Of a DNA stretch of 64,000 bases, positions 43,922 to 53,140 are shown in pieces; within the stretch, counting starts at the first letter, position 1; each line of letters begins with the position of its first letter. The position numbers were made by a program, and so were the translations under genes. This stretch comes from Verrucomicrobiaceae bacterium (GTDB taxonomy: Bacteria; Verrucomicrobiota; Verrucomicrobiia; Chthoniobacterales; JAATET01): positions 6,146-70,145 of the forward strand of contig JAIYAZ010000136.1 of the NCBI GenBank assembly GCA_027488755.1, written 5' to 3'. A model generated the notes under the pieces. The model made no database searches. It saw only the letters and a list, made by a program, of their open reading frames with translations, and was not told where the DNA came from.

Positions 43922-45259
43922 ATGCTGGGAAAAACCACGAAGGGACTGCGCGGCTTTTTGATCGATGCCCCGGAGCCGGGGCGGCTGCGGGCCGTGCGCG
44001 ACGGCGCGATGCTCATCGAGGACGGGGTGATTCTTGCCGCCGGCCCGTGGGAGGAACTGCGCCGGCTGCCGGAGGCGGCGGGCCTGACGTGGCTCCACTC
44101 GCCCGAGGCGGTCATTCTGCCCGGGCTCATCGATGTGCATGCGCACCTGCCGCAGTATCCCGTGGTGGCGCGGGTGGAGAGCGGCCTGCTGCCGTGGCTG
44201 GAGCGGCACGTGTTTCCGGTCGAGAAGGAATTCAACGCTGCCACCGCCCGCCGGCTCGCCCCGGCCTTCTTCGAGGCGCTGGCCCGCAACGGCACGACCT
44301 GCGCGATGCTTTACACGACGATCTACGAGGAGAGCTGCGACGAGGCGTTTGCCGCGGCCGACCGCAGCGGCCTGCGCGCGATTCTCGGCAAGGTGATGAT
44401 GGACGACGGCAGCTACGGCGGGCTCAAGCCGGAGAAAATCCTCCCGCTCTCGCTCGAGCAGAGCGAGCGGTTGTGCCGCAAGTGGCACGGGCACGATGGC
44501 GGGCGGCTGGAATACGCGTTCAGCCCTCGGTTTGCGGTGACGTGCACGGAGGAGCTCATGCGCGCGGCCGGGGCGCTGGCCCGTGAGCATGGGGCCTACC
44601 TCCAGACGCACCTCTCGGAAAACCACGACGAAATCGAGACCGTGCGCCGCAAGTTCCCGCGCCACGCCAGCTACACGGCGGTTTACGAGGCCTGCGGCCT
44701 GCTGGGTCCGCGCTCGGTATTCGGCCATTGCATCCACCTCGCGCCCGAGGAGGTCGGCCTGCTCGCCGGGTCGCGATCCGTGGTGGCGCATTGCCCGACG
44801 TCGAATCTCTTCCTCAACAGCGGCATCATGCCCCTCGACCGCTGGCTGGAGGCCGGCCTGCGCATCGGCCTCGCCTCGGACGTGGCCGGGGGACCGGAGC
44901 TGAATCTCTGGCAGGTCATGCGCAGCACGATCGAGTCGCAGAAGGCGCGCTCGTTTTATGAGCCCGGCGTGCGGGTGCCGACCGCGGCGGAGGTGTTTTA
45001 CCTCGCCACCGCGGGCGGGGCGGCGGCGCTGGGCAAGGAGGCGCTCATCGGCACTCTGGAGCCGGGGCGCGAGGCGGATGTGGTCGTCGTGGACCTCGCG
45101 GCGGTGCTGCCGGTGGATGGCCGCGGCAACGCCCACGCGGATCTCACGCCGGAGGAAATCATCACGCTGCTCGTCTACCGCGGCGGGCCGGCGGCGGTGA
45201 TCGAAACCTTCGTGCGGGGCACCTCGGTCTACCGGGCGCCCGCTCCCGGGCTGCTGTAG
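43922..45259 (+). CDS. amidohydrolase-superfamily deaminase, probably guanine deaminase
   Basis: 445 aa. PGLIDVHAHLPQY metal-binding block; HLSEN; HCIHL; SDVAGG. Confidence 0.7.
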   Translation: MLGKTTKGLRGFLIDAPEPGRLRAVRDGAMLIEDGVILAAGPWEELRRLPEAAGLTWLHSPEAVILPGLIDVHAHLPQYPVVARVESGLLPWLERHVFPVEKEFNAATARRLAPAFFEALARNGTTCAMLYTTIYEESCDEAFAAADRSGLRAILGKVMMDDGSYGGLKPEKILPLSLEQSERLCRKWHGHDGGRLEYAFSPRFAVTCTEELMRAAGALAREHGAYLQTHLSENHDEIETVRRKFPRHASYTAVYEACGLLGPRSVFGHCIHLAPEEVGLLAGSRSVVAHCPTSNLFLNSGIMPLDRWLEAGLRIGLASDVAGGPELNLWQVMRSTIESQKARSFYEPGVRVPTAAEVFYLATAGGAAALGKEALIGTLEPGREADVVVVDLAAVLPVDGRGNAHADLTPEEIITLLVYRGGPAAVIETFVRGTSVYRAPAPGLL

Positions 45260-45265
45260 CGCGGG

Positions 45266-45460
45266 TTACTTGGTCACGCCCTTGTAATCGGGCGCGGCGG
45301 CCGTCACGACGGGCGCGGGCGGCTTCTGCTTGTATTTGCCGCAGGTGTAGGGTCCGCAGACCTTGCCGCGTCCGCAGTAGAGATCGCGCCGATTTTCGAG
45401 GGTGGTGCAGGCCGACAGCGTGAGGGCCAGGGCGCCGAGGCAAAGGAGGGCAACTTTCAC
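45266..45460 (-). CDS. small Cys-rich lipoprotein (hypothetical)
   Basis: 64 aa, GTG start. Signal plus lipobox LTLSAC. The mature part has 4 further Cys (YCGRGKVCGPYTCGKY). Confidence 0.55.
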   Translation of the reverse strand: MKVALLCLGALALTLSACTTLENRRDLYCGRGKVCGPYTCGKYKQKPPAPVVTAAAPDYKGVTK

Positions 45461-45555
45461 GGGGTCGAGATAAATCGGTTTCCCCGGGGGATGTCAAACC
45501 CGCGTGATTGGGCGTTGATCGCCCGCGGGCCCGCGGCCAAGCTGCGGCGGTTGCC

Positions 45556-46512
45556 ATGCTTTTTGCCCATTACGTCCACGATCTGAGCCCGTTTGTTTTC
45601 CAGATCGGCTCCCACTTTGGCGTGCGCTGGTATGGCCTTGCGTATGTGCTCGGTTTCGTCGTGGGCATCGCGCTCTGCAAGCGCCTGGCCCGGCAGGGGT
45701 ATTCGGACATTCCGGCCGAGGCGGTCACGGATTTCATCGTCTGGGGGGCGATGTTCGGCGTCGTGCTCGGCGGCCGGCTGGGATACATGCTGTTCTACGA
45801 TCTGCCGGGATTTCTGGCGGATCCGCTCCTGATCTTCCGCGTGTGGGAGGGGGGCATGGCCAGCCACGGCGGCATCCTCGGGCTGGCGCTTTACACCTGG
45901 TGGTATGCGCACCGTCACCGCGTCTCGTGGCGGAATCTCGCCGACAACCTTTGCGTGGTCGCGCCGCTCGGACTGGCCTTCGGGCGGCTCGCCAACTTCG
46001 TCAACGGCGAGCTCTACGGCCGCGCGACCACGGTGCCGTGGGCGGTGCAGTTTCCGAAGGAACTCTACGAATCCCCCGCCGCGGCCACCGCCGCCGTGCA
46101 GGGCGCCGTCGCCCTCAATCCCGCCTGGAACTCGCTCGACGCCATTGATGCGGCGGTGCGCACCTCGCCCGAGCTGCGTGAACTGCTCGCCGGGCTCCTG
46201 ACGCCGCGCCACCCCTCGCAGCTTTACCAGGCGGCGCTGGAGGGTTTTTTGCTCTTCGCGATCCTGTGGGTGCTGCGCACGCGTGTGAGGCTGCCGAATG
46301 GCGTGCTGACCGGCGTGTTCTTTGCGGGCTACGCGGTTTTCCGCATCGTCGGGGAAATCTTTCGCGAGCCCGACGCGGCGCTCACCGGGCCGTTCACGCG
46401 CGGGCAGTTTCTTTCGCTCTTCCTGTTTGTCGCCGCGGCGGTCTGCTTCTTCGTGGCGTGGCGTTTTCCCAAGTGGCCGCCGCGCTGGCGGGCGGAGGCG
46501 GCGCGCAGCTAG
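45556..46512 (+). CDS. lgt: prolipoprotein diacylglyceryl transferase
   Basis: 318 aa from the ATG at 45556. VRWYGLAYVLGF, GGMASHGGILG, FGRLANFVNGELYGR, HPSQLYQAALEG. Confidence 0.9.
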   Translation: MLFAHYVHDLSPFVFQIGSHFGVRWYGLAYVLGFVVGIALCKRLARQGYSDIPAEAVTDFIVWGAMFGVVLGGRLGYMLFYDLPGFLADPLLIFRVWEGGMASHGGILGLALYTWWYAHRHRVSWRNLADNLCVVAPLGLAFGRLANFVNGELYGRATTVPWAVQFPKELYESPAAATAAVQGAVALNPAWNSLDAIDAAVRTSPELRELLAGLLTPRHPSQLYQAALEGFLLFAILWVLRTRVRLPNGVLTGVFFAGYAVFRIVGEIFREPDAALTGPFTRGQFLSLFLFVAAAVCFFVAWRFPKWPPRWRAEAARS

Positions 46513-47393
46513 CGCGGGGAGACGAGGGCGATCACCGGCGAGTGGTCCGAGCTCGTCGTGACCGCCCGCCGCGCGAAGACCGGCTGCAGGTCGCGGGAAA
46601 CCCAGATCTGGTCGAGCGAGAGAAGCGGCACGTTGTGAAACCACGTCTCGCGAAAGCCCGCGTGCGGGCCCTCCATGACGTTGTCGAAATGGTCGCGCAG
46701 CGGTTCGAGCCAGACCGAGTCCGCCGGGGTGTTGAAATCTCCCAGCACCACCGTGGAGCGATCCCGCGCCGCCGCGGCACCAATGAGCGTGAGCGCATCC
46801 CGGCGGGGCAGCAGCGGGGAGGAATCGAGATCGACCAGCAGCACGCGCAGCCAATGGTCACCCAGCGTCACCCGCGAGCTCAGCAGCCGGCTGCGGTGGC
46901 CGAGGGATTGCACGCTGACCGCGGTCACCGGGCTGCGGGAGAGAAGGGCGCGATCCTCATTGAGGATGACAAAGTGGTATCCGGGCAGGGCCCGCTCGTA
47001 GGCCCGGGCGACCTCAGGATTGAGCGTGCCGGCCTCGATGAGCGCGAGGAGGTCCGGTTGCTCCAGTCGCACAAGATCGAGGAGGGCGCGGCTGGGGTGT
47101 TTCGGGCCCTCCATGTTCCAGGTGATGATCTTCCACGTGCCGGCCTCGGGCCGCGCAAAGCCGTAGCTGAGCGCGAAGCCGCCGCCGGCAACGACCAGGG
47201 CGGCCAGGCCCGAGAGGCGCCGCATTCGCCCCCGGCCCAGCAGCGCGGCGAGGGCAAACAGGGCGGCCAACACCAGCCAGGGCGTGGCGTAAAAAAGGGT
47301 GGCCGTGGCGGCGTAGCCATCGCGCACCGTCAGGCGCACGATCACCCCCCCCAGGGCCAGAACGAAAAAAAGAGCCGCAAGCAGTCGGCGCAT
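46509..47393 (-). CDS. endonuclease/exonuclease/phosphatase (EEP) family membrane protein
   Basis: 294 aa. N-terminal TM segments; ITWNMEG, VVLGDFNTP, SDHSPVIA. Confidence 0.8.
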   Translation of the reverse strand: MRRLLAALFFVLALGGVIVRLTVRDGYAATATLFYATPWLVLAALFALAALLGRGRMRRLSGLAALVVAGGGFALSYGFARPEAGTWKIITWNMEGPKHPSRALLDLVRLEQPDLLALIEAGTLNPEVARAYERALPGYHFVILNEDRALLSRSPVTAVSVQSLGHRSRLLSSRVTLGDHWLRVLLVDLDSSPLLPRRDALTLIGAAAARDRSTVVLGDFNTPADSVWLEPLRDHFDNVMEGPHAGFRETWFHNVPLLSLDQIWVSRDLQPVFARRAVTTSSDHSPVIALVSPR

Positions 47394-47445
47394 GCGGGAT
47401 CGATGTAGCAGCCGGCGGGCGGGCTGACCAGCCCCGCGGCGGCGA

Positions 47446-48003
47446 TTAATGCCCGGGGCGGGGACGCGGCGTGGCGGCGGCGGTCGCGGCGTGATCCTGG
47501 GCTTTTTTCCGCACGCTGGCGGAGAGGCTGAGATTCGGTTTTTCCACCACGTCGATGCGCCGCAGCAGCTCGACCTTCACGGGCACGACGCCCGCCTGGA
47601 TCATGTCCACCTGGCGCGCCGCACCGCGGCTGAGGTCGACGATGCGCCCGCGAATGTAGGGGCCGCGATCGTTGACGCGCACGATGACCGAGCGGCCGTT
47701 GCGTTCGTTCGTCACGCGAATCCAGCTCTGCATGGGGAATTTGCGGTGCGCGGCGGTCAGGCCTTCCGGGTAGAACCGTTCGCCGCTCGCCGTCTTGGTG
47801 CACTGCCAGTAGTAGGAGGCCTTGCCATGCTGAACGACGACGGGTTTCGGATCGAACAATACGTCAGGTTTGCCCGGGCGGTCGTCCGGCTGCACGATCA
47901 GGCGCGGGGAGGCGCAGCCCGCGAGCAGGGCGAGGGCGAGCCCCGCGGCGGCGACCGGGAGTGACGACAGGAAGTTTTGGGGGGGAAACTGAAACCGCAG
48001 CAA
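47446..48003 (-). CDS. rlpA: septal-ring lytic transglycosylase RlpA-family (DPBB) lipoprotein
   Basis: GKASYYW...ASGERF...LTAAHRKFPMQSWIRVTNERNGRSVIVRVNDRGPY. Lipobox LLAGC. The TTG at 48003 was chosen as start (uncertain); the longer track ORF has no homology. Confidence 0.8.
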   Translation of the reverse strand: MLRFQFPPQNFLSSLPVAAAGLALALLAGCASPRLIVQPDDRPGKPDVLFDPKPVVVQHGKASYYWQCTKTASGERFYPEGLTAAHRKFPMQSWIRVTNERNGRSVIVRVNDRGPYIRGRIVDLSRGAARQVDMIQAGVVPVKVELLRRIDVVEKPNLSLSASVRKKAQDHAATAAATPRPRPGH

Positions 48004-48079
48004 GGCGCGCAGTCTGCCAGTGTTCCCCGGCCCATGGGAAGCCCTTGCGCACGCTTTCCGATGCTGGCTTAGTGGCGGC

Positions 48080-48994
48080 ATGGTCCCCGTTCCCGCCGAT
48101 CCCGCCGAACGTCTCGGGCCGGCGCAGGCCGCGCAGCGCCGCGCGCGCGAGCAGGTGCTCCTCGGGCGCAGATGGTCCGCGCGACGCGGGCAATTCGTCC
48201 GCGGCGTGGTGCATGCCGGGCTCGCATTGCTTGGGCAAAGCGCGCGGGCGCGCCGGGAATTTCTCGCCGTGCAGGTGGTGGAAAACATCGTCGTTCTGCC
48301 CGGCCTGCCGCGGGCGTTTGACGGGTTTCGCCTCCTCCAGTTGACGGACCTCCACGCGGATCTGGAGCCGGCGTTGATGGACGTGATCATCGAGCGACTG
48401 GGCGGAATCGCGTTCGACCAGGCGGTCATCACGGGGGATTTTCACGATCAGGTCGGCACACCGTGGGAGCGGGCGGTGGAGCTCACGCTCCGACTCGTGC
48501 CGCATCTCGGGGCCGCCCCGCTCGCCATTCTGGGCAACCACGACCTGCTCGCGAAAGTCCCCGTGCTCGAGGCCGGCGGCCTGCGTGTGCTGCTCAACGA
48601 AAACGTCGCGCTCGAACGCGGCGGAGCGCGGCTTTGGATTTGCGGCGTGGACGACCCCCATGACTTTTGCACCCACGACCTTGCCGCCGCCGCGCGGGGC
48701 ATCCCGGAGGACGCGTGCCGCGTTCTGCTCGCACACAGCCCGGAGGTGGCCGTGGAGGCCGCCCGGCTCGGGTATGCCCTGCAACTCAGCGGCCACACGC
48801 ATGGCGGCCAGATATGTCTGCCGGGCGGGCATATTCTCGTGCGCAAGGCCCCGGTGCCCACGCCGCTGCTGGCCGGCCCCTGGCGCGTGGGGGCGATGGC
48901 GGGTTACACCAGCCGGGGCACGGGCGGCTGCACCGCGGCGGTGCGTTGGTTTTGCCCCTCCGAAATCGTTCTCCACATCCTCCGATGCGCCTGA
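48080..48994 (+). CDS. calcineurin-like metallophosphoesterase
   Basis: LLQLTDLHAD, ITGDF, GNHD, SGHTHGGQ. ATG at 48080 (or 48020). Confidence 0.8.
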   Translation: MVPVPADPAERLGPAQAAQRRAREQVLLGRRWSARRGQFVRGVVHAGLALLGQSARARREFLAVQVVENIVVLPGLPRAFDGFRLLQLTDLHADLEPALMDVIIERLGGIAFDQAVITGDFHDQVGTPWERAVELTLRLVPHLGAAPLAILGNHDLLAKVPVLEAGGLRVLLNENVALERGGARLWICGVDDPHDFCTHDLAAAARGIPEDACRVLLAHSPEVAVEAARLGYALQLSGHTHGGQICLPGGHILVRKAPVPTPLLAGPWRVGAMAGYTSRGTGGCTAAVRWFCPSEIVLHILRCA

Positions 48995-49569
48995 TCCCCG
49001 CCCTGCTCCTGTTCCTGATCGTCGCCGGTGCCCGCGCCCAATGGAGCGAGGTCCCCGTGGCCCGCGCCGAGCCCGTGGCCGCGCCGCCGCGGGATTTCGC
49101 GCAGGCGATCGGCATCCCCGCCGCCGAGGGCGTCGCCTACAACGGCCGCTGGGTGCCCCCGGGCGAGGATCGCGCGTGGGTGATGGATTGCTCAAACACC
49201 TCGCGCTGGCTTTACCGCGAGGTCCGCGGAATCGAGCTGCCGCGCACGGCCTCCGACCAATACGAATGGCTCCGCGCGCGGCGCCGGCTCTGGCGCACGG
49301 GTCCGGATGAAAACCGGCTCCGCCGCCGCCTCCAGCCGGGGGACCTGCTGTTCTGGGAACACACCTACCGTCCGCCGCGCCGGCCGCCGGTCACGCATGT
49401 GATGGTCTACCTTGGCACGGACGAACGCGGGCGCATGCTCATGGCGGGCTCGCAACGCGCGAGCGGGCCGGATGTTTATGAATTCCGCCCCGGGCAGAAA
49501 ATGGGCGGCTACCGCTTTTTCTTTTTCTTCCGGCGCGACGGGCGGTTCGTGGCCTACGGGCGACCGTAG
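48985..49569 (+). CDS. NlpC/P60-family (C40) peptidase-like secreted protein
   Basis: 194 aa from the ATG at 48985. Signal LLLFLIVAGARA; Cys block MDCSNTSRWLY; His block THVMVYLG. Confidence 0.7.
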   Translation: MRLIPALLLFLIVAGARAQWSEVPVARAEPVAAPPRDFAQAIGIPAAEGVAYNGRWVPPGEDRAWVMDCSNTSRWLYREVRGIELPRTASDQYEWLRARRRLWRTGPDENRLRRRLQPGDLLFWEHTYRPPRRPPVTHVMVYLGTDERGRMLMAGSQRASGPDVYEFRPGQKMGGYRFFFFFRRDGRFVAYGRP

Positions 49570-49578
49570 GGCGCGGCT

Positions 49579-50256
49579 TTATTCCCCGCGGGCCTGATCC
49601 TCGAGCTGCGCGCGGAGGCAGGCCATGAGGCCCGCGAGGCGCGTGGGCACATCGAGTTCCTCGAAAAGTTGACGGCGGAGCTCGGGGTCGTAAACGAGCG
49701 TGGAAGTCACCGCGTCGCTGAGGGCGTCGGGATCCGCGAGGTGGTTCAGCGCCGCCTGGAATTGCGGGGGCAGCGCCGTGCCGTCGCTGGTGAGCGTCGC
49801 GCAGATTTCCCGCACGACTCCGGCGAGCTGGGCGGAGGATTCCTGGTTCGCGTTGCGGGAGGCCAGCGGCTCCACGCGGGCGATGCGGTAGGGGTGCTCC
49901 TGCGTCCAGCCGAGAAAACGCACCCGCCGGACGCCCTGGAGCACGAGGTTGGACGTGCCGTCGGGATTGCGGACGCAGGCGCGAATGACCCCGGCGCCGC
50001 CTACCGCGTAGGGCTTCTCGTCGTCGGAGTCCGGCAGCCGCGTGCCCACCGCAAACATGCGGCCGGTTTCCAGCGCGCGTTCGAGCATCTGGCGGTAACG
50101 GGGTTCGAAAATGTAGAGCGGCAGCAGGGAGTGCGGGAACAAAACCGTCCCCGGCAGCACGATCACGCCAAGCTCGTTGGGAAGGGTTTCGTTCACGGGT
50201 TCACGGTCGGTTACGAACGGAACCGTCCGGGGAGTCCGCTTTTTCGCGGCGGACAC
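49579..50256 (-). CDS. stand-alone LON substrate-binding (Lon N-terminal) domain protein
   Basis: 225 aa. LGVIVLPGTVLFPHSLLPLYIFEPRYRQML... with no AAA+ or protease domain. Confidence 0.8.
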   Translation of the reverse strand: MSAAKKRTPRTVPFVTDREPVNETLPNELGVIVLPGTVLFPHSLLPLYIFEPRYRQMLERALETGRMFAVGTRLPDSDDEKPYAVGGAGVIRACVRNPDGTSNLVLQGVRRVRFLGWTQEHPYRIARVEPLASRNANQESSAQLAGVVREICATLTSDGTALPPQFQAALNHLADPDALSDAVTSTLVYDPELRRQLFEELDVPTRLAGLMACLRAQLEDQARGE

Positions 50257-50303
50257 CGGGTGATTCTTCCCACACCGGCCCGCGACGTGCTACCCACCCC
50301 GCC

Positions 50304-51641
50304 GTGCTGGATCGCATCTTCAAGCTTCGGCAAAACGGCACCACCGCCGGCCGCGAGGTCGCAGCGGGGCTCACCACCTTTGCGGCGATGGCCTACATTC
50401 TCACGGTCAACCCGTTCATCCTCGCGAAGGCCGGAATGCCCGCCGAGGCGCTCGTCACCGCGACGGCCGTGAGCGCGGCCGTGGCCACGCTCCTCATGGC
50501 GGCGCTCACGAATTTCCCCCTCGCCCTCGCGCCGGGCATGGGGATCAACGCCTTCTTCGCCTTCACGATCTGCCTCGGAATGGGCGTGCCCTGGCAAAGT
50601 GCGCTCGGGCTGGTCTTCATCAATGGCGCGGTCTTCCTACTGCTGTCGGTCACCGGGGCGCGTGAACGCATCATCGACGCCATTCCGCACGCGTTGAAGG
50701 TGGCGGTCACCGCCGGCATCGGGTTTTTCATCGCGCTCATTGGTCTGCAAAGCGGCGGGCTCGTGGTGGCCAACGCGGACACGATGGTCGCCATGGGCAA
50801 CCTTGCCAAACCGGGCGTCGCCTTTTTCTTCGCGGGCCTGCTCCTCACCGCCGCGCTCATCGTCCGCCGCGTGCCGGGGGCGATTCTGATCGCCGTGCTG
50901 GGCATGACGGCGCTCGGTCTCTTTGTTCCCGACGGCAATGGCGGCACGATCACGAAATGGCCGACCGCCGTCGTATCCTGGCCGGCCTCGCTGGAACCCG
51001 TCGCGCTGCACCTGAACTTCGACCTTTTCGTCCAAGACCCCCTCCGCGCGCTGGTCCTCACCCTCACGTTGCTCCTCGTCGACATGTTCGACAACATCGG
51101 CTCGCTTATCGCCGTCACCCGCCGCGCCGGGCTCATGGGCCCCGACGACAAAATCCCCCGCGCCGGCCGCGCGCTCACGGCGGACTCCACCGCGGCCATG
51201 CTCAGCGCCCTGCTGGGCACCTCGACCGTGGTCACCTACATCGAATCGGCCACCGGCGTGCAGGCCGGCGGCCGCACCGGACTCACCGCCGTCACCACCG
51301 CGTTCTGCTTCCTCGCCGCGCTCATTTTCACCCCCGTGCTCCTCGCCGTGCCGGCCGTCGCGGTCGCCCCGGCACTCGTCATGGTCGGGGTCTTCATGTT
51401 TGAAGCCGTCACCGACCTGGACCCGAAGAACTTCGTCGATTTCGTGCCCGCCGTGCTCACCATCGTCATGATGCCGCTGGCCTTCAGCATCAGCACCGGC
51501 ATCGGCCTAGGCGTGCTCGCGCTCACCGTGCTCGCGCTCGTCACCGGCCGCCGCGAACGGCTCACGCCCGTCATGATCGTGCTCGCGGTCGTCTTTCTTA
51601 TCCACTTTCTCGAAGCCCCGCTTCTGGCCGCCCTGCGCTAG
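50304..51641 (+). CDS. NCS2-family purine (adenine/guanine/hypoxanthine, AzgA-like) permease
   Basis: 445 aa, GTG start. REVAAGLTTFAAMAYILTVNP..., ESATGV. Confidence 0.9.
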   Translation: MLDRIFKLRQNGTTAGREVAAGLTTFAAMAYILTVNPFILAKAGMPAEALVTATAVSAAVATLLMAALTNFPLALAPGMGINAFFAFTICLGMGVPWQSALGLVFINGAVFLLLSVTGARERIIDAIPHALKVAVTAGIGFFIALIGLQSGGLVVANADTMVAMGNLAKPGVAFFFAGLLLTAALIVRRVPGAILIAVLGMTALGLFVPDGNGGTITKWPTAVVSWPASLEPVALHLNFDLFVQDPLRALVLTLTLLLVDMFDNIGSLIAVTRRAGLMGPDDKIPRAGRALTADSTAAMLSALLGTSTVVTYIESATGVQAGGRTGLTAVTTAFCFLAALIFTPVLLAVPAVAVAPALVMVGVFMFEAVTDLDPKNFVDFVPAVLTIVMMPLAFSISTGIGLGVLALTVLALVTGRRERLTPVMIVLAVVFLIHFLEAPLLAALR

Positions 51642-51686
51642 TTTTCGTTGGCGGGGGCGGGGTGGCGAGCCTAGCATTTGCCCGTC

Positions 51687-52670
51687 ATGCCCACGCTTGC
51701 CGACCTCGAAGCGATCTATCGCCGTCCGTTTTTTGACCTCATTGCCGAATCCCGGCGCGTCCACTCCGAGCATTGGCACGACCACGAGATGCAGCTTTGC
51801 ACGCTCCTGAGCGTGAAGACCGGCGGATGCAGCGAAGACTGCGGCTACTGCGCGCAAAGCGCCCGCTACCAGACCGGGGTCGACGCCGGCAAACTCATGA
51901 CCACCGCCGAGGTGCTCCCCATCGCCGAGCAGGCCGCCGCCAGCGGCGCAACCCGCTTCTGCATGGGCGCGGCGTGGAAGGGCGTGCGCGCCGGCGACGC
52001 CCGCTTCGGCCAGGTGCTCGACACCGTGCGCGAGGTCAGCAAGCTCGGCATGGAAGTCTGCGTCACCCTCGGCCAGCTCGGCGACGAGGAGGCCCGCCAG
52101 CTCCGCGAGGCCGGCGTCACCGCCTACAACCACAACATCGATACCAGCCCCGAACATTACGCGAACATCGTCACCACGCATACGTTCCAGGACCGCCTGA
52201 ACACCATCGCCTCCGTCCAGCGCGCCGGCATGGCCGTCTGCTGCGGCGGCATCCTGGGCCTCGGCGAGAGCGAGACCGACCGCCTCCGCATGCTTGAGGT
52301 GCTCTGCGGCTTCAATCCCCCGCCGGAAAGCGTGCCGATCAACTGCCTCATGCCCATGGACGGCACCCCGCTCGCGGGCCAGCAGCCCATCGACACCTTT
52401 GAACTCGTGCGCCTCATCGCCACCGCGCGCATCGTCCTGCCGAAGGCGAAAATCCGCCTCTCCGCCGGCCGCACCCTCCTTTCCCGCGAGGCGCAGGCGC
52501 TGTGCTTCTTCGCCGGCGCGAACTCGATCTTCTACGGCGAAAAGCTCCTCACCGCGCCGAACCCCGAGGCCGACGAGGACATGGCCCTGCTCCGCGAGCT
52601 CGGTCTGCGCCCGCAGACCCCCTACAGCGACCTTCCCCGCCCCGAGTCCCTCGAACCCGCCCACGCATGA
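51687..52670 (+). CDS. bioB: biotin synthase
   Basis: Radical-SAM CSEDCGYCAQS; YNHNIDTS; GGILGLGE. ATG at 51687 (alternative TTG at 51678). Confidence 0.95.
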   Translation: MPTLADLEAIYRRPFFDLIAESRRVHSEHWHDHEMQLCTLLSVKTGGCSEDCGYCAQSARYQTGVDAGKLMTTAEVLPIAEQAAASGATRFCMGAAWKGVRAGDARFGQVLDTVREVSKLGMEVCVTLGQLGDEEARQLREAGVTAYNHNIDTSPEHYANIVTTHTFQDRLNTIASVQRAGMAVCCGGILGLGESETDRLRMLEVLCGFNPPPESVPINCLMPMDGTPLAGQQPIDTFELVRLIATARIVLPKAKIRLSAGRTLLSREAQALCFFAGANSIFYGEKLLTAPNPEADEDMALLRELGLRPQTPYSDLPRPESLEPAHA

Positions 52671-53131
52671 AAATCTCCATCGGCTCCGACCACGCCGGCT
52701 TCGGCTACAAGCAACGCATCATTGAGCATCTCCGCGCCGCCGGGCACGAGGTGACGGATCACGGCACGCATTCCGCGGACTCCACCGACTACCCGCTGTG
52801 GATTATTCCCGCCGCCGAGGCCGTGGCCAAGGGCGAGGCCGAGCGCGGCATCGTGGTCGGCGGCTCCGGGAACGGCGAGGCCATCGCCGCGAACAAGGTG
52901 CGGGGCATCCGCTGCGGCCTCGCGTGGTGCAACCAGACCGCCGAGTTCACCCGCCGGCACAACGACGCGAACGTCCTCTCCATCGGCCAGCGCATGACCT
53001 CCATCGAGATCGCGCTCGACCTCGTGGACATCTTCCTCGCCACCCCGTTCGAAGGCGGCCGCCACCAGCACCGCATCGACGAGCTCAGCCACTACGAGGC
53101 CACCGGCGAGGTCAAGAAGCTCCCCGCCTGA
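52667..53131 (+). CDS. rpiB: ribose-5-phosphate isomerase B
   Basis: 154 aa. ATGA overlap with the bioB stop. MKISIGSDHAGFGYK, GIVVGGSGNGEAIAANKVRGIRC. Confidence 0.9.
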   Translation: MKISIGSDHAGFGYKQRIIEHLRAAGHEVTDHGTHSADSTDYPLWIIPAAEAVAKGEAERGIVVGGSGNGEAIAANKVRGIRCGLAWCNQTAEFTRRHNDANVLSIGQRMTSIEIALDLVDIFLATPFEGGRHQHRIDELSHYEATGEVKKLPA

Positions 53132-53140
53132 CGCGGCGGC

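Noticed and set aside
49505-49530. T-rich run CGCTTTTTCTTTTTCTTCC
   Set aside because: It is in frame within the NlpC/P60-like gene, where it encodes RFFFFFR. There is no adjacent stem, so it is not a terminator.
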